DNA of 64,000 bases from Candidatus Sulfomarinibacteraceae bacterium (GTDB taxonomy: Bacteria > Acidobacteriota > Thermoanaerobaculia > Thermoanaerobaculales > Sulfomarinibacteraceae). How positions within the stretch are numbered: position 1 is the first letter of the stretch; each line of letters begins with the position of its first letter. The notes beneath the pieces are model-generated. The model searched no databases. It was not told the DNA's origin and saw only the letters and a list, made by a program, of their open reading frames with translations. The stretch covers positions 192,001-256,000 of the forward strand of contig CAWCLO010000006.1 in NCBI GenBank assembly GCA_963796455.1. The letters run 5' to 3'. This document shows positions 31,109 through 40,479 of the stretch, one piece after another. The translations under genes were made by a program, and so were the position numbers.

Positions 31109-33604
31109 ATGTTGCGACGCAGTACTTTGATATCGAGAGTTGCCCTGACCCTTGGATTTTTGGCAGTGCCGGTCCTTGCCTCGGTTCCAATGAGTTCGAT
31201 CCTGGGCGGTGGCGAGAACGAAAACGCCGCCTTCGAAATGATGAATCTCGATCACGAGGGGCTCGAAGCAAAGGCGGCCGAGTTGCGCCGCCTCATCGAG
31301 GCGGACCCCGGCGATGAGAAGCTCTACTACCAGCTGTTTCTCTGCGCGAGCATCCGGATTTCGAAAGAATTCGAGGACGAGTTGACGGCGGCCCAGCAAT
31401 CCGGTCAGGTTCCTGATATTGCGGCGCTTCAGACCCGCTTCCTCGAATCGTCTCAAGCAGCCACCGCTCCGATTTTTGATCAATGGCAAAAAAACCTTCC
31501 GGAGAGCTGCCAGCCGCTGCTGATTCAGGCGCAGATGACTCAGGATACCGACGACAGACGCTCAATCCTGATCAGCGCGACGGAAAAGTGCCCCGACGAT
31601 GCGCTCGTCTTCTCATCGTATGCCTCCATCCTTGTCCTTGAAGGAAACCTGGAAGGCGGCGGCGAGATGCTCGAAGAGTTCGTCGAATCTCACCCCGAGG
31701 ACCCAAAAGGCTACGCGGCACTGGTCCAGCTGTTGCAATACAGCGGACGGCAGGCCGACGGGCTCGCAGTCATTTCAACCTGGCGCGACAATCTCCCGGA
31801 TGATCTCAGCGCCATGCAGACCGAGTTGTACTACCGCGGCCAACAGATGAGTCGATCCGAAACGGCGGCGGCGGCCGCCCTCCTGCTCGACCGCGAACAC
31901 ACCGCGCCCGAACTCTTGCAGACCTGTCAGGTTCTGAATGAACTCGACCTCCCGCTGCAGACCGACGACTGCCTCCAAAGGGTGCTTCATCAGGCAACCG
32001 ACGCGGACCGGCAGATCGCCCTCCAGGCGTTCTCGAATCTGATCGACAGCCTCAAATCCCAGAATGCCTGGGACAGGTTGCAGCGGCTCGCGGCCGATCT
32101 TCCCCCGGCGGTCGATTCCGACCAGACACGGCTCGGCATCGCGTACGCCCTCGTCGAAGCCGAGCGATGCGCATTCGCCAATGAACTGATCCGCGACATC
32201 GATTCCACAAACCCACCGGAGGACGTGAACCCGGCGCACTGGAAATCGGCGCTCGCCTCGATCGTCACGAAATGCGGTGACGAGGCGGCCGGCACCTCCG
32301 ACATGCTCGAGGTCATCCGGACCGTGGAACTGGGAGAAATCCGAGACCTCCTCTACTCCACCGACCTCGATACCGCACAGGTCGAGGCCGTCCTGCTCCA
32401 GCGGATCGAGGACGGCGAAGAACCCGCCCCGGTTTACGAGGTATTGGCGAGAGTCGTGTCGAGCAACGAGGCGCCCGAGAAGCGGTTGGCCTATCTCGAA
32501 GCCTGGGTGTTCGAAGCTCCCGAAGACCCCGAACCATTGCGGGAACTGGCATCAGCGCTGCGACAAGCCGGTGCCCTGGAATCCGCCATCGAGGTCCAAC
32601 GCGAGGCGTTGCGATTCTCTGCTGGCGGCGGGGAATTCAGCTACCTCACCGGAGCCCTGGTTGCAATGTTGATCGAGGCCGAAAAGTATGACGAGGCCAC
32701 CGACGTCGCCAACGACCTCGTCGCCCATGAAATCCACGCCGCCGAAGGCTGGAGACTGCTCGCCGAAGTGGCCGCGGCGAGCGGGAGAACCGACGAAGCG
32801 ATGGATCAGTGGGATCGATACCTCGCCGAGAATCCGGCCAATTGTTTCGAGGTCATGGACTACCTCGAGATGCTCCGCGATGGCGGTCAGATCACGAAGA
32901 TCGATGCCATCCTCGAGGCTTGTTCGACGGCCGACGATGACAACCCGATTGCAGCTCAATGGTCCGACAGGCAGATGGCAATGCTCTATGCCCAACTCGA
33001 TCTCTACGAGCAGGCCCTCGCTCCGCTCGAAAGGCTCCTGATCGAATACCCCGGTAATGTTTCGCTCTGGAACGAACAGGGCTCTGCCCTCCTGCATCTC
33101 GGCAGATGGAAGGAGGCGGAGGCAAGCTATCGCGAGGCAATCCGGATCGCGCCGCGCGACGAAAAAGCGTACGAGGCTCTCGCCGAGCTCTATCAAATGG
33201 ATGAACGTTGGCCGGAGATCGTGGATCTGCTCACTCCGATGGTCTCAGAACACTCAGCCGTCGATGTCGATCTCGGTCGGCAACTGGCCCGCGCCCAGAC
33301 CGCCACCGGCGATCTCGAATCGGCCTCGGTGGGGCTCGAGCGCATCGTGGTCGAGAGGCCAAAAGAATTCGACGCCTGGTTTGAGCTCGCAGAGGTCGCG
33401 GCCGGTCTCGAACAGACCGACCGGGCCGTCGCCGCCTATCAACGATTCCTGGAGCTCACACCCAGCTATGACTCCGAAGCGGGTGGAAGCTGCAGGTGCC
33501 GGTGCGACGTGGTCGACATGCGGCGCGAAGCCGAGGAGGCGCTCCAGGTGCTCGAGTCGACCTTCACAGCGGGCGATGACGGTGCTCCGAACCACACCGG
33601 ATAG
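31109..33604 (+). CDS. Secreted TPR-repeat protein
   Basis: GGAGG-ATG, signal peptide, many TPR-like helical pairs; ends with CRCRC. Confidence 0.8.
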   Translation: MLRRSTLISRVALTLGFLAVPVLASVPMSSILGGGENENAAFEMMNLDHEGLEAKAAELRRLIEADPGDEKLYYQLFLCASIRISKEFEDELTAAQQSGQVPDIAALQTRFLESSQAATAPIFDQWQKNLPESCQPLLIQAQMTQDTDDRRSILISATEKCPDDALVFSSYASILVLEGNLEGGGEMLEEFVESHPEDPKGYAALVQLLQYSGRQADGLAVISTWRDNLPDDLSAMQTELYYRGQQMSRSETAAAAALLLDREHTAPELLQTCQVLNELDLPLQTDDCLQRVLHQATDADRQIALQAFSNLIDSLKSQNAWDRLQRLAADLPPAVDSDQTRLGIAYALVEAERCAFANELIRDIDSTNPPEDVNPAHWKSALASIVTKCGDEAAGTSDMLEVIRTVELGEIRDLLYSTDLDTAQVEAVLLQRIEDGEEPAPVYEVLARVVSSNEAPEKRLAYLEAWVFEAPEDPEPLRELASALRQAGALESAIEVQREALRFSAGGGEFSYLTGALVAMLIEAEKYDEATDVANDLVAHEIHAAEGWRLLAEVAAASGRTDEAMDQWDRYLAENPANCFEVMDYLEMLRDGGQITKIDAILEACSTADDDNPIAAQWSDRQMAMLYAQLDLYEQALAPLERLLIEYPGNVSLWNEQGSALLHLGRWKEAEASYREAIRIAPRDEKAYEALAELYQMDERWPEIVDLLTPMVSEHSAVDVDLGRQLARAQTATGDLESASVGLERIVVERPKEFDAWFELAEVAAGLEQTDRAVAAYQRFLELTPSYDSEAGGSCRCRCDVVDMRREAEEALQVLESTFTAGDDGAPNHTG

Positions 33605-33855
33605 CAGACTTTTTCAACCGATTCTCGTTTCCCACCAAGGTCGCCCCGCACCCTACTGACAGGGCGGGTGTGCCGATGAAAAACCGCCTCCGATCTCGTC
33701 ACCCTGTCCTTGGTGAGGCGGTTGGAATGCCGAGGCAGATTGGCGGGCGCACATCAAGACCGGAGAAGGGGTAGCATGGAGGTCGAGAATACAGCTTGGT
33801 TACTCGGCGGAGGCATTGATCGCAGCGTGCCGGCACCGAGAAAGGGGAGCCGGAA

Positions 33856-34899
33856 GTGGCCTTGTCCGGAAAGCTTGAAGATGTCCGGCCGGCGGAGATT
33901 CTGCTCTTCTTGGCGATGTCGGAGAAGACGGGCAAGCTGAACTTCACCACCGGCACGCAGGAAGGGATGATCGTTTTCCGCGGTGGAAAGATCATCTATG
34001 CCGCCTCGAGCTCGATCCGCGAAACTTTTGGCAGCATCGCGTTGAGTCTGCAGATCGTCAACCGCGAGCAGCTCGAAAAGGCCCTCTTCACCCAAAACCA
34101 GTCGCGGGAGGACAAGCGCCTCGGTGAGATTCTGGTGGAGATCGGAGCGATGACCCAGTTCGATTTGGAAAAGGTGTTGATCCACCAGGTCGGCCAGGTC
34201 GTACTCGAGATGTTTGAATGGGAATCCGGCTATTTCAGGTTCAGGAATCTGGCGATCGAAGAATTCGGCGATGTCCAGGTCGACGCCCGCGATTTCATCG
34301 TCGAGTCACCACTGGACACCCGGACCGTGGCCCTGGACGCGGCCCGTCTCCACGACGAGACACCTCGAGATCTCGTGGAGACCGTTGATGGGGACGGCGA
34401 CGGCAGGTCTCCGGAAAAGGCCTCCGTGGCCCAGATGATGATCGATGTGGCGGCGCCGGCGTTGACCGCCGAGACGATTCGAGAGATTTTCGAGGTCGCT
34501 TCCAAGGTTTTCTCGCGCGGAGTGGTTTTTGCGGTTCACAGCCACAGCGTTCGCGGCCTGGCCCAGTTCGGCCTGATCGATACGGACATCCCGCCGAGCC
34601 AGAGGATCCGTCAGATCTGGCTGCCGAAAAGTGAGATCTCGGTCATCACGACGGTGGCCGGCGAGGGGAAGTTGCTTCGCGGCGCCCCCGAACACAACCA
34701 CGGGAACCAGATCCTCTTCGAGGTCCTGGGAGGACTTTGGCCCGTTGAAGGGGTCACCATCCCGATGCTGATCAACGGCCAGGTCGCGTTGATCTTTTAC
34801 GGCGACAACGAACCGGACAACCTGCCTGTCGGATCAACCTTTGCTCTCGAGGAAACCCTGAAATCCGTCGGCCGTCGGCTGGCCAAGGTCATCCAGTAA
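33856..34899 (+). CDS. DUF4388 domain protein with C-terminal GAF-like region
   Basis: MALSGKLEDV..EILLFL..KTGKL..G.IVFRGGKIIYA; RLGEILVE; WESGYFRF; LIFYGDN. Confidence 0.85.
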   Translation: MALSGKLEDVRPAEILLFLAMSEKTGKLNFTTGTQEGMIVFRGGKIIYAASSSIRETFGSIALSLQIVNREQLEKALFTQNQSREDKRLGEILVEIGAMTQFDLEKVLIHQVGQVVLEMFEWESGYFRFRNLAIEEFGDVQVDARDFIVESPLDTRTVALDAARLHDETPRDLVETVDGDGDGRSPEKASVAQMMIDVAAPALTAETIREIFEVASKVFSRGVVFAVHSHSVRGLAQFGLIDTDIPPSQRIRQIWLPKSEISVITTVAGEGKLLRGAPEHNHGNQILFEVLGGLWPVEGVTIPMLINGQVALIFYGDNEPDNLPVGSTFALEETLKSVGRRLAKVIQ

Positions 34900-34905
34900 C
34901 AGCAC

Positions 34906-35337
34906 TCAACCGGAGTTCACGGCGAGAGGACCCGGTGCAGTCTGTTCAACGTTGATGATCGCTCGCGACGGGAACAGATATCGAGTCAGACCGCCGGGGG
35001 GGAAGAAAAAGACTCCGGGGCTCCAGATCGGGCGCAACATCTCGGCCTCTTCGGCCTTCGCCACAACCGGGATGTTGCCCACCCCACTTGGAGCGATCTC
35101 GTCACACCGCGACCTCATCTCGACCGACGGAACGGCGGGGGCATCCTTCATCGGTCGCATTTTTCGATGTCTCGCGGGCATTGCGGGATTGTCCGGAATT
35201 CGGCCCGGCCAGCCGGAGCTGACCGTCGATGCGGACCCGGAAACTGTCGCGCCAAAGGGGTCGTCGGCAGCCGCACTCTGCGGGACGAGCAACGCCGCTG
35301 CGACAAGCAACCCACCACAAACGACCGGTCCTTTCAC
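34906..35337 (-). CDS. Hypothetical exported protein
   Basis: GGGGGA RBS before GTG; signal peptide ending AAA-DD; fills the gap between genes. Confidence 0.45.
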   Translation of the reverse strand: MKGPVVCGGLLVAAALLVPQSAAADDPFGATVSGSASTVSSGWPGRIPDNPAMPARHRKMRPMKDAPAVPSVEMRSRCDEIAPSGVGNIPVVAKAEEAEMLRPIWSPGVFFFPPGGLTRYLFPSRAIINVEQTAPGPLAVNSG

Positions 35338-35535
35338 GACATCCCCCTTCGGTTCACTCTGAACTGGAGCAAGGAGAGTGCCAGAAAATGGCCCGATTCT
35401 GCGCCTGCACTCGGCCACTCGGTGTACCTGTCAGGTGTCACACAGCTCGATTCAGGCTACACCCTACTCACTTGCGCAATCGTCGGCAGGGAGCTGGACT
35501 GTCGGCCCGCGGCAGATTCCGGATCCCAGCCCGCT

Positions 35536-37182
35536 CTACTTCGGTCCACCCTCGCCCAACCCCAACATCTCGACGACCTGCTCACGCAATGCGCGCCCGA
35601 TGACCGGGTCGCGGAACGAACGGACCTCTATTTCTCCGGCGACGAAAAAGGTGAAAACACGGCCCTTCAGGTGGGGAAAACGTTTCTCCACCTCGGACAC
35701 CCACTCCTCACGCTCGGTCTCGGGCCAGACGCCACCGGATCCTCGGGAGTAGATCAAGAACTTCGTCTGAGGATCGCCGAGCCCCACATAGCCGAGAAAG
35801 GCCTCCAGCTTGCTCAGCACGATCGCGTAGGCCCGCAGGAAGCGCGCATCTTCTTCCGGATCGTCGAACGGTGGGTAACGAATATCGAGCTCCGAGGCAG
35901 CAGAGTGGAAAAAAGCCGAGCGGTGGATCAGGATCAGGTCCGGACGCTGTTTGAGGAGCTGGTCCTCACGGTCCCAGGTGGAACCGAGGGTCTCCTTGAA
36001 AAGCACAACCGGAAGATCCCGCAGCAGATCATTGAGGTCATCGGCATTGGTCCCGCTGTCACGGAGGGTCTCGGGGTCGTACACCCCGTATGGGGCCGGG
36101 GTGTCCATCAGAAAGACCACCGGTTGTGGGCCGCGAGGGATCGCGACTTTGTCTGATTTTCCCTTCGACTGGACAATCCCGATGACCAGACCACCGCCCA
36201 CGATCGCACCGGCCAATGCGGTTACGACCGCGACCAGCGGGCTCATTGTTTTTCGTCGTTTTTCCCGAATCAGAGGCGGTACCGTGCCAAACAGTTGGTC
36301 GCTCTCAGTCGCCGCGTCTTCGATATCGATCCTGGCATCGGTGATCGAGTGCAGCCTGCGATCCGGCGCCTTCTGTAAACATCGACGCAGGAGGTGTCGA
36401 ATGGTCGGCGGCGTGGCCTCTGGAAGACGGGACCATTCCGGTTCCTTGGTGACGATACCGACCAGGACATCGGTGACGGTGTCTCCTTCGAAGGGCTTCT
36501 GCCCGGCGAGCATCTCGTAGAGCACGCAGCCAAAAGCCCAGATATCCGTCCGGTTGTCGACCTTTCGGGCCCGGGCCTGCTCCGGGCTCATGTAAGCGGC
36601 GGTCCCGAGAAGCACGCCTCCAGCCGTCATCTGCGCGGTCAGCGTTTCGGACTCGGCCGAGTCGGCATCACCGGCCTCGGTCTGCCAGGCCTTGCTGAGG
36701 CCGAAATCGAGCAGCTTCACCTTGCCCTCGGGCGTCAGCATCACGTTGGCTGGTTTGAGGTCACGGTGAACGATGCCTTCACCGTGGGCCTCTTCGAGCC
36801 CCTCGGCGATCTTGCGGGCGATCTCGAGGGCCTCATCCATTGCCAGGCCACTTTTTTTCAACCTGTCGGCCAGGGTCTCGCCCTCGGCCAGCTCCATGAC
36901 CAGAAAGCGCAGGCCTTCGTGCTCATCGATGCCGTAGAGGGTGGCGATGTTCTGGTGGCTCAACGAGGCCAGGACCCGGGCCTCGCGCTCGAAGCGGGCG
37001 ATCCGCTCGGGATCCTTCGCGACCGCCTCGAGCAAGACCTTGATCGCCACCTCCCGATCGAGCTCGATGTCCCTGGCGCGATAGACCTCGCCCATTCCAC
37101 CCACGCCGAGGGTTGCCAGTATTTCGTACCGTCCGAGACGGTCGCCGACGGAAAGAGTTGTTCCGGCTTCCAGAATGGTCAT
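35536..37182 (-). CDS. Ser/Thr protein kinase with TM and uncharacterised C-terminal domain
   Basis: GVGGMGEVY, VAIK, HRDLKPAN, DFG, GTAAYMSPE. Confidence 0.92.
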   Translation of the reverse strand: MTILEAGTTLSVGDRLGRYEILATLGVGGMGEVYRARDIELDREVAIKVLLEAVAKDPERIARFEREARVLASLSHQNIATLYGIDEHEGLRFLVMELAEGETLADRLKKSGLAMDEALEIARKIAEGLEEAHGEGIVHRDLKPANVMLTPEGKVKLLDFGLSKAWQTEAGDADSAESETLTAQMTAGGVLLGTAAYMSPEQARARKVDNRTDIWAFGCVLYEMLAGQKPFEGDTVTDVLVGIVTKEPEWSRLPEATPPTIRHLLRRCLQKAPDRRLHSITDARIDIEDAATESDQLFGTVPPLIREKRRKTMSPLVAVVTALAGAIVGGGLVIGIVQSKGKSDKVAIPRGPQPVVFLMDTPAPYGVYDPETLRDSGTNADDLNDLLRDLPVVLFKETLGSTWDREDQLLKQRPDLILIHRSAFFHSAASELDIRYPPFDDPEEDARFLRAYAIVLSKLEAFLGYVGLGDPQTKFLIYSRGSGGVWPETEREEWVSEVEKRFPHLKGRVFTFFVAGEIEVRSFRDPVIGRALREQVVEMLGLGEGGPK

Positions 37183-37210
37183 GATAGCGCAGGCCGAAGC
37201 GAAAGAGCGT

Positions 37211-38890
37211 CTACCGCGTTTGTTCGAGATCGACGGCCAGGATCTTGGTGACTTCGAGGTCCGAGGGTTCGACCGCCGCCGTCCGCAGACCCATCCCGTT
37301 TGTTTCCCACCAGGCCCGGGCATCGGCCTGGCTCCAGCTCTCGATCTCCTGGCAAGCCGCCAGGCGCTGGTGTATCTCGCCTGCGCTCTGCGGCCTGTCG
37401 TCGGGGTTCTTGGCCAGGCATTGCATGACCAACGCCTCGAGTTCCACCGGTAGCTCCCGCCCGAGCCTCTCTGATGGCGGAACCGGTTCGGTGTGCAGGT
37501 GGTGGCCCAGAATCTCGATGATGCTGCCGGTGAAAACGTGTTCGCCGGTCAGCATGAAATAGCCCACCGCACCAAGGGCGTAAAGATCGATCCGGCAATC
37601 AACATTCTCCGGTTCGGTCAGTGCTTCCGGCGCCACATATTGTGGTGTCCCGGTCACCGCACCACCACCTGTCAGGACGTCCTCGACCCGCGCATTCACG
37701 ACCTTGACCAGACCGAAATCAAGCACCTTCGCGATATCGAGATCACCACCCTGGCGGGAGAGAAAGATATTCGCCGGTTTGATGTCTCGGTGGATGAGAC
37801 CGAGATCGTGGGCCTCGGCCAGCGCCCCTGCCACCATGTCCATCACCCGCAGCACCCGCCCCGGCGCCTGGGGCCCACCGCGTTCCACCACCACGTCGAG
37901 CGGCGCGCCGTCGAGCAACTCCATCGCGTAGTAGAACACCCGATCGGGCGTCCGCCCGTAGTCGTAGATGGTGATCGTATTGGGGTGGGTCAGTCGCGCC
38001 GTCTGTTGCACCTCGAGCTCGAATCGCGCCAGACAGTCCTCACCCGCCCGTTCGGGTTGCACGAGCTTGATCGCCGTCGGCCGCCGCATCATGGCGTGGC
38101 TGGCACGGTAGACCATGCCCATGCCGCCCTCACCGAGTTTTTCGTCGAGGGTGTACTGACCGAGATGCATCGCCTGCCGGATCTCGCGGCGCAGGTTGTG
38201 GATGATGCGCGAAATCGAAACGCATACGATCGTCACCAGGGTCCACCAAATGAAGACGTTGACCGCCAACGATGCCGTCTGGTAGGGCGCGATGGCCTCT
38301 CGCATCGAGCGATCAACGGCCAACGGCACCCAATCGAAGACGTAGAGGGCATTGAGCGGAATGATGGCAAGCACCGTGATCCAAACCGTCCGCCGCACCG
38401 AGCTCGGCACCAGCGCCGCCCGCAGTACATAGCCGAAGGCCAGACCCAACATCAGAGCAACGAGAATCTGCTCGAGTTGCACGCCCGCCAGCAAACCGAA
38501 AACATCGGGCTCGATCGAACTCAGATCGATCCCGATGGCCTCGGCTGTCAGATCCAGCGCCTGCGGAGCGATGTATCGCCCCATCAGGCAGACGGCCACG
38601 GTCGACCCCATCATCGAAGCGCTCTCGACGACCCTCCCGAATCGATGCGAATGGGCCCCGCGGCGGCAGATGAGCCAGACCGTGGCACAGATCAGCAGCG
38701 CGGACCAGGAGAGTGCGGTCCCGAGGGTGAAGTACTCGCGCCAGAATCCCGTCGCGACATAGATCGATGCCGACAGGGAATTGCCCACGAGCCACACGAT
38801 CGTGAGCACCTTTCCCAGCACTCCGACCCGACGCTGATAAAACGACGGTCGCTCCGGTGTCCTGGCATCGGTGCTTTGCGAGACGGTCAT
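37211..38890 (-). CDS. Ser/Thr protein kinase with N-terminal multi-TM domain
   Basis: ~6 TM segments then GEGGMGMVY, HRDIKPAN, DFG, GTPQYVAPE. Confidence 0.9.
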   Translation of the reverse strand: MTVSQSTDARTPERPSFYQRRVGVLGKVLTIVWLVGNSLSASIYVATGFWREYFTLGTALSWSALLICATVWLICRRGAHSHRFGRVVESASMMGSTVAVCLMGRYIAPQALDLTAEAIGIDLSSIEPDVFGLLAGVQLEQILVALMLGLAFGYVLRAALVPSSVRRTVWITVLAIIPLNALYVFDWVPLAVDRSMREAIAPYQTASLAVNVFIWWTLVTIVCVSISRIIHNLRREIRQAMHLGQYTLDEKLGEGGMGMVYRASHAMMRRPTAIKLVQPERAGEDCLARFELEVQQTARLTHPNTITIYDYGRTPDRVFYYAMELLDGAPLDVVVERGGPQAPGRVLRVMDMVAGALAEAHDLGLIHRDIKPANIFLSRQGGDLDIAKVLDFGLVKVVNARVEDVLTGGGAVTGTPQYVAPEALTEPENVDCRIDLYALGAVGYFMLTGEHVFTGSIIEILGHHLHTEPVPPSERLGRELPVELEALVMQCLAKNPDDRPQSAGEIHQRLAACQEIESWSQADARAWWETNGMGLRTAAVEPSDLEVTKILAVDLEQTR

Positions 38891-39142
38891 CGAGGGAATC
38901 CTATCACCACGTCGAGAAAGCTCCGGTTCTTCCCGATACCGTGCTCGCAGCCCGCGCGGGGTTGTGGTCCAAAACGGCCGTCCACACGACCCAAAACGGT
39001 ACGATCCACCCACATTCCACGACTCGAATCCGGAACGATTTCTGGCACCAAAATTGCTGAAATGATTGTCGGGGGTTGTTACGAGCACGACGAACACCCA
39101 TCGTTCTCGGCCAATCACATACGCATCGATCCGGAGGAACTC

Positions 39143-39652
39143 ATGAACACCAACGGTCTCACCCAGCGAAGCCGGCCAAGCCAATTTGGGTTCGTGCCCA
39201 TCACCGACCGTGACCTCGATCGCGTCCGTGCATACGCCGAAGAGGTCTTCGAATGCGGTCAGTATTCGGTGCACGGTTTGACCCACTGGCGCCGGGTCGA
39301 AACCATGGCCCTCGATCTCGGCCGCGAAACCGGTGCCGACCGAACGGTGGTGCGCCTGTTTGCCCTGCTCCACGATTGTTGCCGCAAAAACGACGGTGCC
39401 GATCCGGACCACGGTCCGCGGGCAGCCGACATGTTAGCCAAATTGGTAGGCAATATTCTGTCAATCGATGCCGACCGGCTGTGCCTTCTCGAACAGGCCA
39501 TCCGCTATCACACCGCGGGCCACACCTCCGACGACCCCACCATCGGAACATGCTGGGACGCCGACCGGCTCGATCTCGGCCGCGTCGGAAAGCGCCCGGA
39601 TGAAAAATATATGAGCACCGAACCCGGCAAAAGGCGGGCGCGGCTGCGCTGA
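39143..39652 (+). CDS. HD-domain metal-dependent phosphohydrolase
   Basis: GGAGG-ATG at 39143; HGLTHW..LLHD..DHG..H..CWDADRLDLGRVG. Confidence 0.85.
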   Translation: MNTNGLTQRSRPSQFGFVPITDRDLDRVRAYAEEVFECGQYSVHGLTHWRRVETMALDLGRETGADRTVVRLFALLHDCCRKNDGADPDHGPRAADMLAKLVGNILSIDADRLCLLEQAIRYHTAGHTSDDPTIGTCWDADRLDLGRVGKRPDEKYMSTEPGKRRARLR

Positions 39653-39747
39653 ACCGTTGCCAAAACGGAATGAGAGGAGTTCCGCTCGGCGCAGCGGTGT
39701 CACCGGAACCTCCAGGCCTCCGATCGAAAGCACTACCGACAAACCCG

Positions 39748-39792
39748 CAGATCCTTCGACTCGGGAGCATGGCTCCCCCGCTCAGGATGACA
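39748..39792 (-). repeat. REP-like palindromic repeat (TGTCATCCTGAGCG..GTCGAAGGATCTG type)
   Basis: CAGATCCTTCGACTC..CCGCTCAGGATGACA; same family as 52780-52830 and 52892-52942; partial opposite half CGCAGTCGAAGGATCT at 40284-40299. Confidence 0.85.
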
Positions 39793-39798
39793 TCTTGA

Positions 39799-40256
39799 AG
39801 CATTTTCTTCACTTTGCTCGCGAGTTCCCGAATCACTCGTGTCCACGACAGAGTCTCGGACTGCGACCAGGGACAGAGACAGAGAACGGTCGACAGCGTC
39901 AGGGAACAGGAGTCAGGGGCAGCGAACAGCGGCCGGGGCAGCGGTCAGCGACAGCAAACAGCACTCACTTCTTCGGGTTCAACAACCGCCAGATCATGGC
40001 ACGGACCTAATCGAAGGCGTTCATCGCTTCTCTGGCTCCATTTCGGCTGATCGCCCTGCACGCCGCCTGTCCTTGACATCGGCCACCCACCGGTTACCCC
40101 TTCTGTTGAACGACCCGGAGGTGGCCACGCCGTCACTGCACCTGATCGCTGCCACTGCCGCTGTTCCCTGTCGCTGCTAACTGTCGCTGCCAACTGTTGC
40201 TGCCCCTGAAATTCGGGCGCGGACACGGGCACGGGCAATCGCGAACCGGAAATGCT
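39799..40256 (-). mobile_element. Decayed inverted-repeat-flanked four-helix-bundle cassette, copy 2 (internally deleted)
   Basis: Left flank CAGGGAACAG/TCAGGGGCAGC/CAGCGACAG is complementary to right flank CTGTTCCCTG/GCTGCCCCTGA/CTGTCGCTG; contains the leader shared with 18349-18593 and an ORF remnant. Mobility is inferred. Confidence 0.55.
39965..40054 (-). pseudogene. C-terminal remnant of a four-helix-bundle protein
   Basis: Manual translation AISRNGAREAMNAFD*VRAMIWRLLNPKK* with TAG at 40007-40009; resembles the last helix (FDxVRAMxWRL) of the family. Confidence 0.55.
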
Positions 40257-40479
40257 GAAAACGAAGCCGAAAGCAAGCAAAAACGCAGTCGAAGGATCTA
40301 TGAGAAAGACCCGATCAAGGGATCCCGCTCTTGCGGCTTGATGCTCGGCACGATGCCAGCGAGCCTTTCCCTCGAGCGATCAAAGAGGCAACTCGGTTTT
40401 TCGCGAGGAAATCGGAAGGCCGAGTTCCGTGTTCCCCAAGAAGAGCAATTTATTTCCACTTTCTTTTTGGGGGGCCGAA

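Noticed and set aside
37493..39142. N-terminal 550 aa of the 719-aa plus-strand ORF
   Set aside because: Antisense shadow of the kinase; only 39143-39652 (HD domain, own RBS) is credible
18188..40256. Diversity-generating retroelement (Avd-like remnant plus a repeated segment)
   Set aside because: No reverse transcriptase in the window, the repeat is non-coding, and the differences are not adenine-specific
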